Shown here: one piece after another, positions 1-8,118 of the stretch
Numbering within the stretch: the stretch's first letter is position 1
How the letters are laid out: every line of letters starts with the position of its first letter
Source of the DNA: a virus
Taxonomy: Duplodnaviria > Caudoviricetes
Length of the DNA: 33,675 nucleotides
Virus record (IMG/VR): IMGVR_UViG_3300017911_000597
Location: 1-33,675 of that record
Reading direction: 5' to 3' (one strand)
Position numbers and translations under genes: made by a program
The notes under the pieces: model-generated
What the model saw: only the letters and a program-made list of their open reading frames with translations
What the model was told of the DNA's origin: nothing
Database searches by the model: none

Positions 1-159
1 ATGTACTTCGACAGCTCTAAGGCGTGCTCAAACGCTTTGCGCGCTGCAGAAGCCCTCTCAGACGCTCTACCGGCTGATCTAATGTGCATCAACACCGGCA
101 AGTTGTCTGGGTCAATACGGCCAAAGCTACGGCCATCAACGCTCAGTACAGGAGAGTAA
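1..159 (+). CDS. small hypothetical phage protein (possibly 5'-truncated)
   Basis: Open frame from base 1 (MYFDSSKACSNALRAAEALSDALPADLMCINTGKLSGSIRPKLRP...) ending TAA at 157-159, just before the next gene's start. Confidence 0.5.
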   Translation: MYFDSSKACSNALRAAEALSDALPADLMCINTGKLSGSIRPKLRPSTLSTGE

Positions 160-164
160 AAACC

Positions 165-1019
165 ATGAGCATTACATCCGAAGTCAAACGCGCAAAGCGC
201 TCAAAAGAAATCGAACAAAAAGTATTCAAGATCACGCCGGCGCACGCCGAAAAGTGGCTGGAAATGAACACTGGAAATCGCCGTATTCGTCCATCACATG
301 TGCGCCACCTCGCAAAACAGATGGAACAGGGTCGCTGGATGCTTAGCCCAGAGCCAATCGTGTTCAGCCCGCAACGCTTGCTCGATGGTCAGCACCGACT
401 ATCCGCCGTTCTCATGAGCGGGTGCACAATCGAGGCATCTGTCGCGCTCGTGCAGAACGAGGACGTGTTCCGCGTACTCGACCAAGGCGTAAATCGCAAC
501 AACAGCGACCTAACAGGTATCCCGTCACCCGTATTGCAGCCACTGCAATGGCTACTAAAGCATAGCGTCAACGCATTGCGTAAAGGGAAAATCGTCATTG
601 ATGATATCGAACGCATCAGAAACGAAAACATTTTCACGCTTTCGTACCGCGTCAACGAAGTCATCAAGCCAAAGGATCGCCGCTTCAAGTCCGCGCCGTT
701 CCGCGCGGCATACATCATGGCGGTTGATATGAAATTGTGCGACCTCGAAACCGCGGACCGCATCTACACCGACCTATCGCACATGAACATGACAGAGTGG
801 TCACGCATGATGCAAAATATCTTTCATCGCTTTGAGACGACTAAAGTGCACGGCGCAAGCAATAGCTTGAAAAACGAATTCTTTATGGCTGGCTTGTACC
901 TGTTCTCGGAGGCACACAGTAAGAAAACAAAAATCATTCTTACTGAGAAATTCACAGACGAAATGGAAAAGCGGGTTCGCAATCGCATCAACCTGCTTTA
1001 CCGTAAATCTGAATACTAA
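165..1019 (+). CDS. ParB/Srx-like N-terminal domain protein (DGQHR motif)
   Basis: ITP..A..WL..N..NR, W....EPI.F....LLDGQHRL.A motifs. AGGAG RBS at 150-154 supports ATG 165 rather than 84. Confidence 0.75.
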   Translation: MSITSEVKRAKRSKEIEQKVFKITPAHAEKWLEMNTGNRRIRPSHVRHLAKQMEQGRWMLSPEPIVFSPQRLLDGQHRLSAVLMSGCTIEASVALVQNEDVFRVLDQGVNRNNSDLTGIPSPVLQPLQWLLKHSVNALRKGKIVIDDIERIRNENIFTLSYRVNEVIKPKDRRFKSAPFRAAYIMAVDMKLCDLETADRIYTDLSHMNMTEWSRMMQNIFHRFETTKVHGASNSLKNEFFMAGLYLFSEAHSKKTKIILTEKFTDEMEKRVRNRINLLYRKSEY

Positions 1020-1024
1020 CAAAT

Positions 1025-1180
1025 TGGGCGCCTCACAAGCGCCCACCGTAAGCCATGAGTGCGGTGACGGGTTTAGGGTTATCTGCATTTCCCCCGTCAA
1101 CCATGGCAGCGTGAGCCGGTGGCAATCTCCGCTGGTGATCACGCACCGAGAGGGCGGGTTTACTCCTTTTCCGTCCTCTC
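1025..1180 (+). other. four consecutive stem-loops between convergent genes (terminators and/or structured RNA)
   Basis: Stems 1025-1031/1039-1045; 1052-1057/1102-1107 with inner 1065-1071/1093-1099; 1109-1114/1139-1144 with inner 1115-1122/1129-1136; 1148-1157/1171-1180. Confidence 0.55.
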
Positions 1181-2603
1181 ACACTACCCCACGAATTCCA
1201 CGCTTCAGCGGCTTACTCCAAGCCCCAGACGACGATCGCCCATAAGCCATCGTCGTGTGCTCGTTTGCAAGCGCCAAGCAAACAGCGTCCGCGCGGTCGG
1301 GCGAATTAACGCCGCGCTTCTTCATCGCCTCCTTGCTCTCAACTTGCATCTTGCCAGAGCTGGTAAAGTGATAACGCGGAGCCGCTAAATCCGCATATAA
1401 CGCGTCGTCACGCGGCAATTTGACGTCCATGCCCTCTAACCAGCCCTTCGCCTTAAACCACAGCTCAGCGCGCAGGTTGATGTACGTCTCCTTTTGCGAA
1501 GACCGCTCCGACACGTTCAGACCACGCGCCGGCAAATCCAACTCCCGCAAGCGATCCAGAACGCCCGCGCCAAAGCCGTTACTGTCAACAATGATCTCCA
1601 CTGGCCGCTTTGACGGCGGCAACACGTCATATTCCGCCTTCACGGCGCCAGTAAGCTGCATCAGGTCGAGGTTTCGCCAAACCGTGAGCGGATGGATCAA
1701 CGGGCCCTGACGCTTACACAACACGCTGCTATCGCCGCCCTGACGTGCAACGTCCAATCCCCATATGGCGGGCGTATCCTCGTGAACCTTAATATCGTTA
1801 TTCATCGCGTGCTCGATCAACGAAACCGGTATAACCGTGTCCTCTTCGGACGGCGGGAAATTTCCCAAAACGCGCACATGGTACGCCGGACTGTCCTCGC
1901 CATAACGCTTCTTCATGTCCTCGACAAAATCGTCGCTGACGCGCGGGCTACTAACGCAGGAAACATGCATCGTGCGCCAGTCTTCACGCAGGCGATTGTG
2001 CGTGTCATAAAAAAACCCAGTATTCCGCGTCGGGTTACCCGTCAAAACAGTCGTCGCATTGTGGCCAGACATCGAACCAGACGCGGCCTCAAAAACGGCG
2101 TTCGGGACACCGCTGGCCTCGTCGGCAATCAGCAACACGTTCTCGCTGTGAACACCAGCGAGCGCCTCGGGCTGCTCAGCCCGCGACGTCCTACACGAAA
2201 TAAACGTGCTCTCAGGCTGGCTCTTCAGCTCAATACGATCAGACTTCAACTCCAGCAAATCGTTGAACGGCGGGCGCAGCCGCTTGGCGACGTTTTTCAT
2301 CTCAGCGAAACAGGCGTCGAACAACTGCGACGACGTGGGCGCCGTGACAACCGTCTTGGATGGGATACGCATCAGAACGTGCCAAATTGCAGCCATCGCA
2401 ACGGCGGTCGACTTGCCGACACCGTGGCCAGAGCGAACGCTGATGCGTCGGGCGTCAGGATCGGCGATCGACTGCAAAAGCTCACACTGCCATTCGTCGG
2501 GCTCGATGCCGATGACCTCACGCGCAAACGAGACGGGGTCGTTGCGGTAACGACGCATCAACGCGACGAACGGGTTATCTTGTAATTTTTTTTGAGGGGT
2601 CAT
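1179..2603 (-). CDS. terL: terminase large subunit
   Basis: Walker A VRSGHGVGKS, Walker B LLIADEASG, TGNP coupling motif, RNase H-like nuclease motifs GLDVAR.G.D and SPDRADA. Confidence 0.95.
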   Translation of the reverse strand: MTPQKKLQDNPFVALMRRYRNDPVSFAREVIGIEPDEWQCELLQSIADPDARRISVRSGHGVGKSTAVAMAAIWHVLMRIPSKTVVTAPTSSQLFDACFAEMKNVAKRLRPPFNDLLELKSDRIELKSQPESTFISCRTSRAEQPEALAGVHSENVLLIADEASGVPNAVFEAASGSMSGHNATTVLTGNPTRNTGFFYDTHNRLREDWRTMHVSCVSSPRVSDDFVEDMKKRYGEDSPAYHVRVLGNFPPSEEDTVIPVSLIEHAMNNDIKVHEDTPAIWGLDVARQGGDSSVLCKRQGPLIHPLTVWRNLDLMQLTGAVKAEYDVLPPSKRPVEIIVDSNGFGAGVLDRLRELDLPARGLNVSERSSQKETYINLRAELWFKAKGWLEGMDVKLPRDDALYADLAAPRYHFTSSGKMQVESKEAMKKRGVNSPDRADAVCLALANEHTTMAYGRSSSGAWSKPLKRGIRGVV

Positions 2604-2712
2604 GTTAACACCTGTTTACGAAGAGGGGGTGGGGGTGCGTGGAGGGGTCATTTGCATTTGTGCCCGCCCGCCGAATCAAAAGGGGGGGGTGTTTTGCGTT
2701 TTCTGCATAGGT

Positions 2713-2740
2713 CACTCTGATAATGTCGATTATGTTAAAT
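2713..2740 (+). other. dif-like XerC/XerD recombination site
   Basis: CACTCTGATAA-TGTCGA-TTATGTTAAAT has 11-6-11 geometry. The right arm is identical to the E. coli dif XerD arm and the left arm ends in the conserved ATAA. Confidence 0.75.
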
Positions 2741-2818
2741 TCTAATTCCTGCATACGACATATAAATAAGGCGTTTGCGCGTCGCAACGCTGCAACGAGC
2801 CATGCAAAAAACGCAATG

Positions 2819-2834
2819 GCACAAGATGTAGTGT
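2819..2834. promoter_or_regulatory. NrdR-box-like pseudo-palindrome
   Basis: GCACAAGATGTAGTGT resembles the NrdR consensus acaCwAtATaTwGtgt, single copy in the terS-terL gap. Confidence 0.35.
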
Positions 2835-2914
2835 CAACAGATTGTAATTGAACACTCGTTCTGTTATTCGCGCGCGCCCGCGCACAAGTGTTCGCCACTG
2901 TGTGATTCCGACGC

Positions 2915-3361
2915 TCACACGTCATCATCGTCCACCTCGACCGCTTCACCATCGATCACGTCACCAAGCAACTGCGCAGCCTGCGCGTGCAAGTCGTTGA
3001 CGCTGATGTTGATTGCCACGTCACGTTGTCTTGTGTCGTATTGCGCGTTCAGCTTCGACGCCATCCACTTGTCAGTGTCCACTTGCAAGCGTGCGACGTT
3101 GACCATCGATGGATCGGTATTTTGAGCTGTGTCAACCGCACGCTCTGCGTAATAGTGTCCAGCCTCTAGCTGTGCAGCCGCGTACCTGTCACGCCTGCCA
3201 GCTTTTGCATCTAACCAACGCGACCACAGCTTATAGCCGATGTCGCGTTCTTTCATCAGGCTTCGCACGCTCTTACCGCTTGCGATTTGCTCGAACAGCT
3301 CATCCTCTCCGATCTCTTCGAGCGCCGCTAACTTTGCCTTCGCGATGTTACTTCTTCCCAT
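2915..3361 (-). CDS. terS: terminase small subunit (Sf6-like)
   Basis: N-terminal HTH-like segment (EQIASGKSVRSL), Y..A....A..YAE and ARLQVDTDKWMASKL motifs, located upstream of terL. Confidence 0.75.
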   Translation of the reverse strand: MGRSNIAKAKLAALEEIGEDELFEQIASGKSVRSLMKERDIGYKLWSRWLDAKAGRRDRYAAAQLEAGHYYAERAVDTAQNTDPSMVNVARLQVDTDKWMASKLNAQYDTRQRDVAINISVNDLHAQAAQLLGDVIDGEAVEVDDDDV

Positions 3362-3623
3362 CAGACATCATCTCCCCAGCTAGTGCTGCATATCCGCAGA
3401 TGTCGACCCATGTATCCGCCTTGTCCGGCGATGTCTGTGACCGTGACATCTTCAACAGCATCATCATGTTTGCCACGTCCATAGGTGACACGGGCACGTC
3501 TAGATACGCTGTCCAGAGCCGTGCAATGCTTTTGAAGCTATCCTCTGCATCCCCGTAATCCTCGTGCCTGTCACCGCTGATCAGTGTCTTTGCGATATCT
3601 AATATCTCGTCTCTCGTTACCAT
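3348..3623 (-). CDS. DUF6378-like phage protein
   Basis: R.EIL..A...I.GDR..DYG.A..SF..IA.LW..YL...DVA.MM.LLK.SR...D.WVD..GYAAL pattern. Confidence 0.75.
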   Translation of the reverse strand: MVTRDEILDIAKTLISGDRHEDYGDAEDSFKSIARLWTAYLDVPVSPMDVANMMMLLKMSRSQTSPDKADTWVDICGYAALAGEMMSDGKK

Positions 3624-4201
3624 GGTATATCATCTCCACCTAAATCCCAGTTGATGCGTTCATCACCATCACGCACCATTCTCGTTACCTTTGCATTCGG
3701 AAACGTGTTGAACGCATTGTTCAGGAAAGTCTCCGTCCAGTCAAATCTGATGATGCGTGCTGCATCTTCGAAGCTGTACACGATCCAGCTTGGATACTTC
3801 TTTCGCAGTTCCGCTGCCCCGTGTAGCGCAAAGCAAATTATCTCCTCCTCACATTGCACACAATACGCGTGCGGCGGTAGCGGCTTATGCCCTGCATCCT
3901 CTGCCGCCTTCTCCAACACATCCCACGCACGCATGAGCTGCGTTGCGATCTGATTGGTGCCAACGACATCATTCGCATCTACACGCTCTCTGAGCGCCTC
4001 GTATGCAGCTTCAAACCTGCCTGCCAGATCAGGTGATACCAAGTCAGGCAAAGTGTCTCCCCACTTCGCTATCTTCTCTCTCGCCTTTTCATCTAGCGGA
4101 CGTAACTGGCCCCATACGCCAGCACTGATCTTAGTCCCGTCATCATTAAGCGTTCCCTGCGCCTTCTTCTCTTTATAGTTAACCCGTGCCTTCTTTGCCA
4201 T
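3617..4201 (-). CDS. hypothetical phage protein
   Basis: 194-aa ORF in the operon with overlapping junction and AAGGAG upstream. Confidence 0.7.
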   Translation of the reverse strand: MAKKARVNYKEKKAQGTLNDDGTKISAGVWGQLRPLDEKAREKIAKWGDTLPDLVSPDLAGRFEAAYEALRERVDANDVVGTNQIATQLMRAWDVLEKAAEDAGHKPLPPHAYCVQCEEEIICFALHGAAELRKKYPSWIVYSFEDAARIIRFDWTETFLNNAFNTFPNAKVTRMVRDGDERINWDLGGDDIPW

Positions 4202-4214
4202 GTCATAACTCTCC

Positions 4215-4352
4215 TTCCACAGTTAGTTTCCACCTAGTCCACAGTTTCCACCACAGTTACGTATATATACGTAATAACTGTGGTGGAACTGAAAGTGGCC
4301 TCTTTTACCACACTTCCACACTCTTCCACAGTCCAACTGTGGTAACTGTGGT
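4215..4352. repeat. iteron-like CCACAGTT repeats around an AT-rich palindrome (putative replication origin)
   Basis: CCACAGTT at 4217, 4239, 4251; inverted AACTGTGG at 4276, 4335, 4344; 14-bp inverted arms 4246-4259/4275-4288; perfect palindrome TTACGTATATATACGTAA at 4257-4274. Confidence 0.7.
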
Positions 4353-4353
4353 A

Positions 4354-4602
4354 TCAGTGCATCGTGCCATTTGTGCCCTCAGTTAGCAGCGCCTTGTTGA
4401 GCGCCTTCATCATTGTCACGTCGGCATCGACACCTTGCAGCACCTCCATCACAAATTTGACGTCCAACAGCGCCGCTGACATCACTGGCATTTCGTCTGC
4501 GCTCCATTCGATGACGGCGCCGCCGACCTCTTCATCCCAGACGATGCGGCCAAGCTCTAGCTTGTTCTCGTCTTCTTCTACTTCACGTAATGGTATTGTC
4601 AT
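4354..4602 (-). CDS. hypothetical protein
   Basis: 82-aa ORF with AAGGAG RBS, tightly packed in the operon. Confidence 0.65.
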   Translation of the reverse strand: MTIPLREVEEDENKLELGRIVWDEEVGGAVIEWSADEMPVMSAALLDVKFVMEVLQGVDADVTMMKALNKALLTEGTNGTMH

Positions 4603-4604
4603 GG

Positions 4605-5027
4605 TTACAGCTCCTTAAACTTGGCTATATCGAAGTGTACCATAGGCTCGATGTCTTGTGGATCGTCTCGTCGCGCTGTTCCGCCGACCTCGACATGCAT
4701 ATCCTCGAACGACGGCGGCAGCTCCGCGATACCAGCCTTGTCAGTCCACTGCACGGCTAAGAAGCATGGCAGGCCAGTCGTCATCGTTAGCAGGCGCGCC
4801 TGCGTGGCTTTGTAGAGCGATAGCATGTAAGTCGGATACGTGTTCATTGTGATCTTGCGCTGCCGCGCCTCGATGAATGCCACGGCCTTACCGTTGCGCA
4901 TTGCCATAAAGTCTAGGCTTAGCTTCATTGGCATCTTTGACAGTATGCAGTTGTAGTGCTTCTCGATCTTTGCTGCGAGGCGTCGCTCGTTGTTGCGGTC
5001 CGCCTGCGTTTCATATGTTGGCCTCAT
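4605..5027 (-). CDS. putative PD-(D/E)XK-fold nuclease-like protein
   Basis: E...LDF......AFIEARQR pattern resembles the restriction-endonuclease-like fold, with the catalytic Lys apparently replaced. GGAGGA RBS. Confidence 0.5.
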   Translation of the reverse strand: MRPTYETQADRNNERRLAAKIEKHYNCILSKMPMKLSLDFMAMRNGKAVAFIEARQRKITMNTYPTYMLSLYKATQARLLTMTTGLPCFLAVQWTDKAGIAELPPSFEDMHVEVGGTARRDDPQDIEPMVHFDIAKFKEL

Positions 5028-5263
5028 AAGTCCTCCTCCAGTTGTCTTAACCTGAACGCCAGCTCACGTAGCTGCTCGCTCATGCCCTTTTCGATGTGTG
5101 CGCTGAACAGTGGCCGGCGGTCCTTCGCGCTGTACGCCTGCCCAGCTATGAGCGCGAACGTCTTTACGTCCGGCGCAATCTCGAATGTTATGTGCGCCAC
5201 CTCGAAGTGTTCGCGCGGTGCGTCAGGATGACGCTGCTTACTCTTTGGGCTGTGACGGCTCAT
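5024..5263 (-). CDS. hypothetical protein
   Basis: ATGA overlaps with both neighbours, start MSRHSPK at 5263. Confidence 0.65.
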   Translation of the reverse strand: MSRHSPKSKQRHPDAPREHFEVAHITFEIAPDVKTFALIAGQAYSAKDRRPLFSAHIEKGMSEQLRELAFRLRQLEEDL

Positions 5264-7455
5264 GATCCCAACTCCGATGCACTGATCCACTCTCCAACGA
5301 CGACGCACTGCACGTCGCGTCCTGCTCGTTTATCTGGCCACTCTTCGACCTTCAGCACGTTTGTCTCGCACCACTTCTTCAGGATCGCTTTGATGCGTGC
5401 CTTTTCGTTTTTCTTATCCACGTCCAAATCGAGCTGCACGGCGATTGCGTTGCCCGCCCAATTCTTTGCGCGTGCGTCTAGGCGCATTGGCTCCTGACGC
5501 TCCGCCGCTGCACCGATCAGGCGCTGCACCTCCATCGCGTCACGGGCGCTGACACCGTCGAACAGGTCAGGCATTTTGAACGGTATGCACACGCCCACAT
5601 ATTCACCGTTTGGTAGCTCCACGCCGTGCATACGGCGGTACAGCGCCTTTGCTGCGGGCGGTGCAAGGTTTGCCTTGCCATCGTCCACACGGAATATGCC
5701 GAGGCTTTCCTCGTCTGACACGCCCAGCTTCTGCGCGTCTTCTTGGCTCACTCTGTTGATGATCCGCGCCGCACGCGCTGCACCGATCAACGATCCAGCG
5801 CCGCGCACGCTGTCGATTGTTGCGTCTTCGCCGTTTGTCTTACGAATGTGGTGCGTCAAAACGACCGCTGCGTCGGTCTGGTCTGCGACCCAGCGCGCGG
5901 CTGCGACGGCTGCGTTCATTGCGACGTTGTCGTTTTCGTTGATGTCGTTGAAGCCAACCCACGGATCAATGATGACCAACCCGATGTTTTTGCGCTTTAT
6001 CTCGTCGACCATGAACTGCAACATGTCTTCGTCGGTTAAGATGCCATCGCGCGTTTGCTTTGCGAACTGGATTTGCAGGTCACGGCCCGCGTCCAAGAAT
6101 AGCTTGCCCTGTATTTGCTCTGGCTTGATGTCATAGTGGATCATGATTGCAGCAAACCGGCGCTGCATCTCTTCTAGCGGGTCTTCGCCGTTGATGACCC
6201 ACACGTTTACTGTTTCGTGGATCGTCTCTTCGAGTAGCGGCAAGCCTGTCGCAATCGCGATTGCTTCCACGCCCTGCATTGAAGTCTTACCAACGCCACC
6301 CATCGACGCAAGCACGCTGACGTAGCCACGGATGTAATGTTTGCCATAGACCCAACGACGCTTTGGGATCAGCGTGGGATCAATGACCTCGAACTCTGTC
6401 GGCCACTGGCGCTCGCTTTGCTTAATCTCTTGCACGGCTTGGGCGTACGGTTTTGCGTACGCTAATGCCTCGCGCAGCTTATCCTTGCCGGCCTCGCGTA
6501 GGTAGTCGTTAGCGTCTTTGACGTTCTCGACGCCGAGCTGGTCAAACCGCACCACATGCAGCGTCGTTGACCCGTCGCCTTGCAGTACGTCCGCGCATTT
6601 TTCTACGTCAAGGTCAGGGTCGGCGCATAGCGTTACATCTGAGGCGCGTGGCGGCACGAATGTAGACATGCCAGCCTTACCGAAGGTGCAGATCACCACA
6701 GCATCGTCACCCGCAGCCTGTCGCACGCTGAGCGCGTCCTCTGGGCCTTCGGTAATGCAAATTGGCTTATCGCCTTGCATGTCGCCGATCTGCATTACAT
6801 TTCCAGCAATGACACCCCGAGAGTATTTGCTGATGCCGTTGACTTCGCGCTTCTTACCCTCGGGTGTAAGTAGCACGCTTTGCACGCCCTCGATCGTTCC
6901 GTCTGGCGCTGTCGCTGCAAAGATGATGGCGGGCCCATCGTATGTGTTCGGGCTAAACTTTGCCACGCCCACTGCAGATGACGCTGCAAGGCCGCGTGAG
7001 TTGAGGTAAAGTAGCGCTGGGCGTACTGCGTCCTTATTTTCCCGTGAGATAGGTACAGCGCGCTCCCACGCGTCCTGAGCCTTCTTTATTTTGTCGTTGC
7101 GCGTCTCTTCGTCGCGAACGATTAAGTCTTTACTGGCCAAACGTGAAACTAAACGCTCCAGTTCACTCGGTATATACGGTTGTATATCCGAGTTTTCGAG
7201 CTGCTTCGGGTTTTCTGCCCCGCGCTTAAAGCCTGACCCAATGGTCGACTTGATCTCGAAGTCTTTTAGTCCGATCTGCTTTGCCGCTGTGTGTAGCTGC
7301 AGGATCGCGTTATCTGTGTTGGCGGGCGATAGGTGCGCGTGCCGTCCAATTGCAAACGCTGCCTTATTTAAGTTTTCGTTTCTGCCGCCCTTCATGGATG
7401 CAATCACGTCAGTGACCGCGCCATCCAATACCTTGTTAAAATATGCCTCTGACAT
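5260..7455 (-). CDS. primase-helicase (PriCT-like N-terminus, Toprim, AAA_25/RepA-type SF4 helicase)
   Basis: GGRN..LN..AF motif; Toprim ITEGPEDALS, CADPD, KDANDYL; Walker A ASMGGVGKTS; Walker B VIIDP; HHIRK and RGAGSL motifs. Confidence 0.9.
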   Translation of the reverse strand: MSEAYFNKVLDGAVTDVIASMKGGRNENLNKAAFAIGRHAHLSPANTDNAILQLHTAAKQIGLKDFEIKSTIGSGFKRGAENPKQLENSDIQPYIPSELERLVSRLASKDLIVRDEETRNDKIKKAQDAWERAVPISRENKDAVRPALLYLNSRGLAASSAVGVAKFSPNTYDGPAIIFAATAPDGTIEGVQSVLLTPEGKKREVNGISKYSRGVIAGNVMQIGDMQGDKPICITEGPEDALSVRQAAGDDAVVICTFGKAGMSTFVPPRASDVTLCADPDLDVEKCADVLQGDGSTTLHVVRFDQLGVENVKDANDYLREAGKDKLREALAYAKPYAQAVQEIKQSERQWPTEFEVIDPTLIPKRRWVYGKHYIRGYVSVLASMGGVGKTSMQGVEAIAIATGLPLLEETIHETVNVWVINGEDPLEEMQRRFAAIMIHYDIKPEQIQGKLFLDAGRDLQIQFAKQTRDGILTDEDMLQFMVDEIKRKNIGLVIIDPWVGFNDINENDNVAMNAAVAAARWVADQTDAAVVLTHHIRKTNGEDATIDSVRGAGSLIGAARAARIINRVSQEDAQKLGVSDEESLGIFRVDDGKANLAPPAAKALYRRMHGVELPNGEYVGVCIPFKMPDLFDGVSARDAMEVQRLIGAAAERQEPMRLDARAKNWAGNAIAVQLDLDVDKKNEKARIKAILKKWCETNVLKVEEWPDKRAGRDVQCVVVGEWISASELGS

Positions 7456-7476
7456 TGTTTTCCCTCTGCGTCGTGG

Positions 7477-7504
7477 AACGTAAGGCGCCGTAGCGCCCCA
7501 CGTT
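7477..7504 (-). terminator. stem-loop between the SSB-like gene and primase-helicase
   Basis: AACGT..GGCGC-CGTA-GCGCC..ACGTT, giving a cUACGg tetraloop on the minus strand. Weak U-tract. Confidence 0.45.
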
Positions 7505-7514
7505 ATTACTTTTG

Positions 7515-8102
7515 TTAGAACCCGAAGTTGTTCCCTTCGGCTGCTGGCGCGGGTGCCGGCGCAGGGGCTGGTGCAGGTGCAGGTGCCGCTTCTACAGGTG
7601 CCGCTGGCGCTGCGTCCGCCGCAGGCTTATCGATCCATGTGCGAATGTTGAAGCCAACGTCATACGACGTTCCCTTTCCAACGACGACAGGTGTTGTCGA
7701 CGTTACTTGTACGACTGGAACCTTGCCCTGATTGAATTCTGGCATCTCTTCAGCTTTGTTGTACAGCTTTGCGATAAACTGTCCCAAGCCGTAGCTATTC
7801 CCAGAAAACTCTGCAGCGCGCCCATCAGCGAGCCAACAGTTGACGCTAAACCCTTGCTTATGGTTCTCGCTTGGCCGCTCAGTGCGTTGGCTAGGCGATG
7901 GCCACGCCTGCCAGTCACGAACGCCCACATCGATGTGAAGCCATCCGAAGACGACCTCTTTGATGTCGATTGCAAAGCCGCGCTCCATGTCGATCGGCTC
8001 GTCGCCGGCCTCCGTTTTTGCCCACCAGCGGTTTTGCGGTAGGTTTCCACGGATGTATACTCCGCTTCCCTCGTTGTCACTTGATCCGAATGTAATTGGC
8101 AT
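7515..8102 (-). CDS. putative single-stranded DNA-binding protein
   Basis: Lies between exonuclease and primase. Aromatic beta-rich core, Pro/Ala linker, C-terminal Phe (NNFGF). Confidence 0.55.
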   Translation of the reverse strand: MPITFGSSDNEGSGVYIRGNLPQNRWWAKTEAGDEPIDMERGFAIDIKEVVFGWLHIDVGVRDWQAWPSPSQRTERPSENHKQGFSVNCWLADGRAAEFSGNSYGLGQFIAKLYNKAEEMPEFNQGKVPVVQVTSTTPVVVGKGTSYDVGFNIRTWIDKPAADAAPAAPVEAAPAPAPAPAPAPAPAAEGNNFGF

Positions 8103-8118
8103 GATGTGTCTCCTTGAC

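Noticed and set aside
1025-1180. tRNA gene in the structured intergenic region
   Set aside because: No T-loop GTTCRA or cloverleaf with an acceptor stem
1692-2585. 297-aa plus-strand ORF
   Set aside because: Antisense shadow of terL with no RBS or recognisable motifs
2584-2600. A-run near the terL start as a possible frameshift site
   Set aside because: terL is intact in one frame and there is no alternative-frame ORF to join
2622-2690. FtsK KOPS motifs beside the dif-like site
   Set aside because: No exact GGGNAGGG is present
2605-2952. 115-aa minus-strand ORF across the terS-terL gap
   Set aside because: Low-complexity translation of a region full of cis signals, better read as non-coding
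4186-4386. 66-aa ORF, or a possible CRISPR-like array, over the CCACAGTT repeats
   Set aside because: Repeats are 8 bp, irregularly spaced and in both orientations, with no spacer structure or cas genes. The ORF is only the translated repeats
7540-7625. GCAGGT/GCTGGC short tandem repeats
   Set aside because: They encode the Pro-Ala linker of the SSB-like protein
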